DNA from: an uncultured Gemmataceae bacterium
GTDB taxonomy: Bacteria; Planctomycetota; Planctomycetia; Gemmatales; Gemmataceae
Direction of reading: 5' to 3'
NCBI GenBank assembly: GCA_963750165.1
Contig: CAVVPN010000011.1
Span: forward strand, 320,001 to 384,000
Length of the DNA stretch: 64,000 nt
Below the pieces are notes generated by a model, which worked only from the letters and a program-made list of their open reading frames with translations, was not told where the DNA came from and ran no database searches. The translations under genes and the position numbers were made by a program. Position 1 is the stretch's first letter, and every line of letters starts with the position of its first letter. Shown here piece after piece: positions 61,647 through 64,000 of this stretch.

Positions 61647-64000
61647 GTGCTCGCGCGCTTTTTCATCGACCGGCCCATTTTCGCCTGGGTCATTTCCATC
61701 GTCATCGTCCTGGCCGGCCTCATCGCCTACCTCATCCTGCCGATTGCCCAGTATCCGAACATCACGCCGCCCACCGTCCAGGTCACCTGCAACTTCCCTG
61801 GCGCCAACTCGCAGGTGGTCGCCGACACCGTGGCCGCACCCATCGAGCAGCAGGTCAACGGCGTCGAGAACATGCTCTACATGTCCTCCACCAGTGCCAA
61901 TGACGGCACCTACACACTGGTCGTTACGTTCGAGCTGGGCACCGACCTGAACATGGCCCAGGTGCTCGTGCAGAACCGCGTCTCGCAGGCGCTGCCCAAG
62001 TTGCCGTCGGAGGTCCAGAACACCGGCGTCACCGTCAAGAAGCAGTCGCCTGCCATCCTCCTGGTCGTCAACCTGTACTCGGAGGACAACCAGGTCACCG
62101 GCAAGCCGTACCACGAACAGCTCGACCTGAGCAACTACGCCACCATCCAGGTCAAGGACGAACTGGCCCGCCTCAAGGGCGTCGGCGACATCAGCCTGCT
62201 CGGCCAGCAGGACTACAGCATGCGCGTCTGGCTCGACCCGGAACGCCTGGCCAAACTCGACCTGACGGCCGGCGAGGTCATCTCGGCACTACGCGAGCAG
62301 AACGTGCAGGTGGCCGCCGGCCAAATCGGTCAGCAGCCCGTGCCGAAGGGCCAGGATTTTCAATATTCCATGAGCACCCTGGGCCGTCTGCTGGAAGAAC
62401 AGCAGTTCGCCGACATCATCATCAAGACCGGCAACGACGGCCGCATCACCCGTCTCAAGGACGTGACCGGGGATCCGACGCTCAAGAACAAGAAGGCGAG
62501 CATCGAACTGGGGGCGCAGAGCATGAACACGCGCTGCCGGCTGGACGGCAAGCCGTCGGTCGGCCTGGCGGTCTTCCAGCTGCCCGGCTCCAACGCCCTG
62601 CAGACTGGCGACCGCATCAAGAAACGCATGAAGGAGCTGGCGCCGAGCTTCCCCGAGGGCATGAAGTACACCATCGTCTACGACACCACGCCGTTCATCG
62701 AGGAGTCGGTGCATGAGGTGCTCAAGACGTTGGGCGAGGCCATCGTGCTGGTGGTGATCGTGGTGCTGTTCTTCCTGCAGGACTGGAAGGCGGTCATTCT
62801 GCCAACGATCGACGTGATCGTATCGCTGGTCGGCACGCTGGCGGTCATGCTCGTGATGGGCTTTTCGCTGAACAACCTGACGCTGTTCGGCCTGGTATTA
62901 GCCATCGGTATTGTCGTCGATGACGCCATCGTCGTGCTGGAGAACATCGAGCGCTGGATCGCCAAGGGGCTGAAGGTGCGCGACGCCACCATTCACGCCA
63001 TGGCCGAAATCACCGGGCCGATCATCGCCATCACGCTGGTGCTGTCGTCGGTGTTCCTGCCGAGCGCCTTCCTGGGCGGCATCACTGGTCAGTTCTACCG
63101 GCAGTTTGCGCTGACGATTTCCGTGTCGATGCTGATCTCGGCCATCAACGCCATGACCATGACGCCCGCCCGCGCCGGCAGCATCTTCAAGGACCCCAAA
63201 CCCGGTGAGCACGCCCACCACGCGAAGGAGGCGCTGCCCTGGTGGATCTTCGGCGTACCGGGCGGCATGCTGACGAACTGGCTGCTGGGGCAGGCGTTCG
63301 GTGAGGCACTCGGGCTGCCCACCGGTGAGCACGCCGAGAAGGCGGCCTCGCTGGCCGAGGGCCTGCGCCGTGGTGCCGTCAACGTGGCGCTGTTCCTGCC
63401 CGGGGCGGTGGTCGGGGCCGGCATCGGTTACGTCATCATCCGGCCGGTGAACTACGTGCTCGGCGTCTTTTTCCGGGGCTTCAACTGGATCTTCGACCGC
63501 ATCACCGACGCTTACGGCATGCTGATCGGGCGGTTGGTGCGGCTCAGCTTCATGGTGCTGTTCGTCTACGTCGGCTTGCTGGCGCTGACCGGCTGGAGCT
63601 TCACGCAGGTGCCGACCGGCTTCATCCCCATGCAGGATCAGGGCTACCTGGTGGTGGACATGCAGCTGCCCGACTCGGCGTCGCTGGAGCGCACGGTCGA
63701 GCTGACCGAGAAGATTGAGAAGATCGCGCGGGAGACAGAGGGGGTAGCCCACACCGTAGCGGTGCCGGGGCAGACGTTCGTGCTCAATGCCATCAGCTCG
63801 AACTACGGCGGCATGTTCATCGTGCTCAAGCCGTTTCACGAGCGCCTCCACGGCCCCAGCGCGGACGAGGTGATGACGCAGATTCGGCGGCGCGTCAAGC
63901 GGGAGATTCAGGAGGGCCGGGTGTCGGTGTTCGGGGCGCCGCCGATCCAGGGCCTGGGCAACACGGGCGGCTACAAACTGATGGTGGAGGACCGCAGCGA
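61647..64000 (+). CDS. RND efflux transporter permease subunit (AcrB/MexF-like; runs off the window end)
   Basis: GTG start with GGAGG RBS; FFIDRPIFAWVI, QYPNITPP, GVENMLYM, LAIGIVVDDAIVVLENIER. Confidence 0.96.
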   Translation, partial: MLARFFIDRPIFAWVISIVIVLAGLIAYLILPIAQYPNITPPTVQVTCNFPGANSQVVADTVAAPIEQQVNGVENMLYMSSTSANDGTYTLVVTFELGTDLNMAQVLVQNRVSQALPKLPSEVQNTGVTVKKQSPAILLVVNLYSEDNQVTGKPYHEQLDLSNYATIQVKDELARLKGVGDISLLGQQDYSMRVWLDPERLAKLDLTAGEVISALREQNVQVAAGQIGQQPVPKGQDFQYSMSTLGRLLEEQQFADIIIKTGNDGRITRLKDVTGDPTLKNKKASIELGAQSMNTRCRLDGKPSVGLAVFQLPGSNALQTGDRIKKRMKELAPSFPEGMKYTIVYDTTPFIEESVHEVLKTLGEAIVLVVIVVLFFLQDWKAVILPTIDVIVSLVGTLAVMLVMGFSLNNLTLFGLVLAIGIVVDDAIVVLENIERWIAKGLKVRDATIHAMAEITGPIIAITLVLSSVFLPSAFLGGITGQFYRQFALTISVSMLISAINAMTMTPARAGSIFKDPKPGEHAHHAKEALPWWIFGVPGGMLTNWLLGQAFGEALGLPTGEHAEKAASLAEGLRRGAVNVALFLPGAVVGAGIGYVIIRPVNYVLGVFFRGFNWIFDRITDAYGMLIGRLVRLSFMVLFVYVGLLALTGWSFTQVPTGFIPMQDQGYLVVDMQLPDSASLERTVELTEKIEKIARETEGVAHTVAVPGQTFVLNAISSNYGGMFIVLKPFHERLHGPSADEVMTQIRRRVKREIQEGRVSVFGAPPIQGLGNTGGYKLMVEDRS

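Noticed and set aside
762..63851. Numerous long antisense or alternate-frame ORFs in the track (e.g. 762-2348, 3318-5219, 6982-9216, 15382-17109, 54068-55840)
   Set aside because: Shadow ORFs of high-GC genes, overlapping well-supported CDSs and lacking recognisable motifs
1..64000. rRNA or tRNA genes, prophage or integrase
   Set aside because: No recognisable tRNA, rRNA, phage structural or integrase sequence seen

Overview
A GC-rich bacterial chromosomal window with Planctomycetota (Gemmataceae-like) hallmarks: DUF1549/DUF1553, Planctomycete cytochrome c-WD40, DUF1559 prepilin, PPC-domain and Uma2 proteins, and many REP-like palindromes. Gene content: a dcd-nrdJ nucleotide metabolism pair, a large Ser/Thr kinase-WD40 protein, a MoxR cluster, two two-component systems, peptidases, a convergent AccI-like REase plus C5-MTase cassette, znuA/znuC-like genes, a defective IS1202/ISNCY element, a vWA surface protein and an RND efflux pair. 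Four observations stand out. (1) dcd carries an in-frame, single-motif LAGLIDADG homing-endonuclease domain with no intein or intron features. (2) The most conserved motifs of dcd and nrdJ are encoded by sharply bounded A/T-ending codon patches, as if recoded against homing-endonuclease cleavage. (3) I found no GTCGAC hexamer in a manual scan of the window. (4) There is a candidate sigma-54-driven, GGA-rich small RNA. About eight single or double-base frameshifts, mostly in GCGC/CGCG contexts, suggest long-read consensus errors. All product calls come from motif recognition by eye, with no database search.
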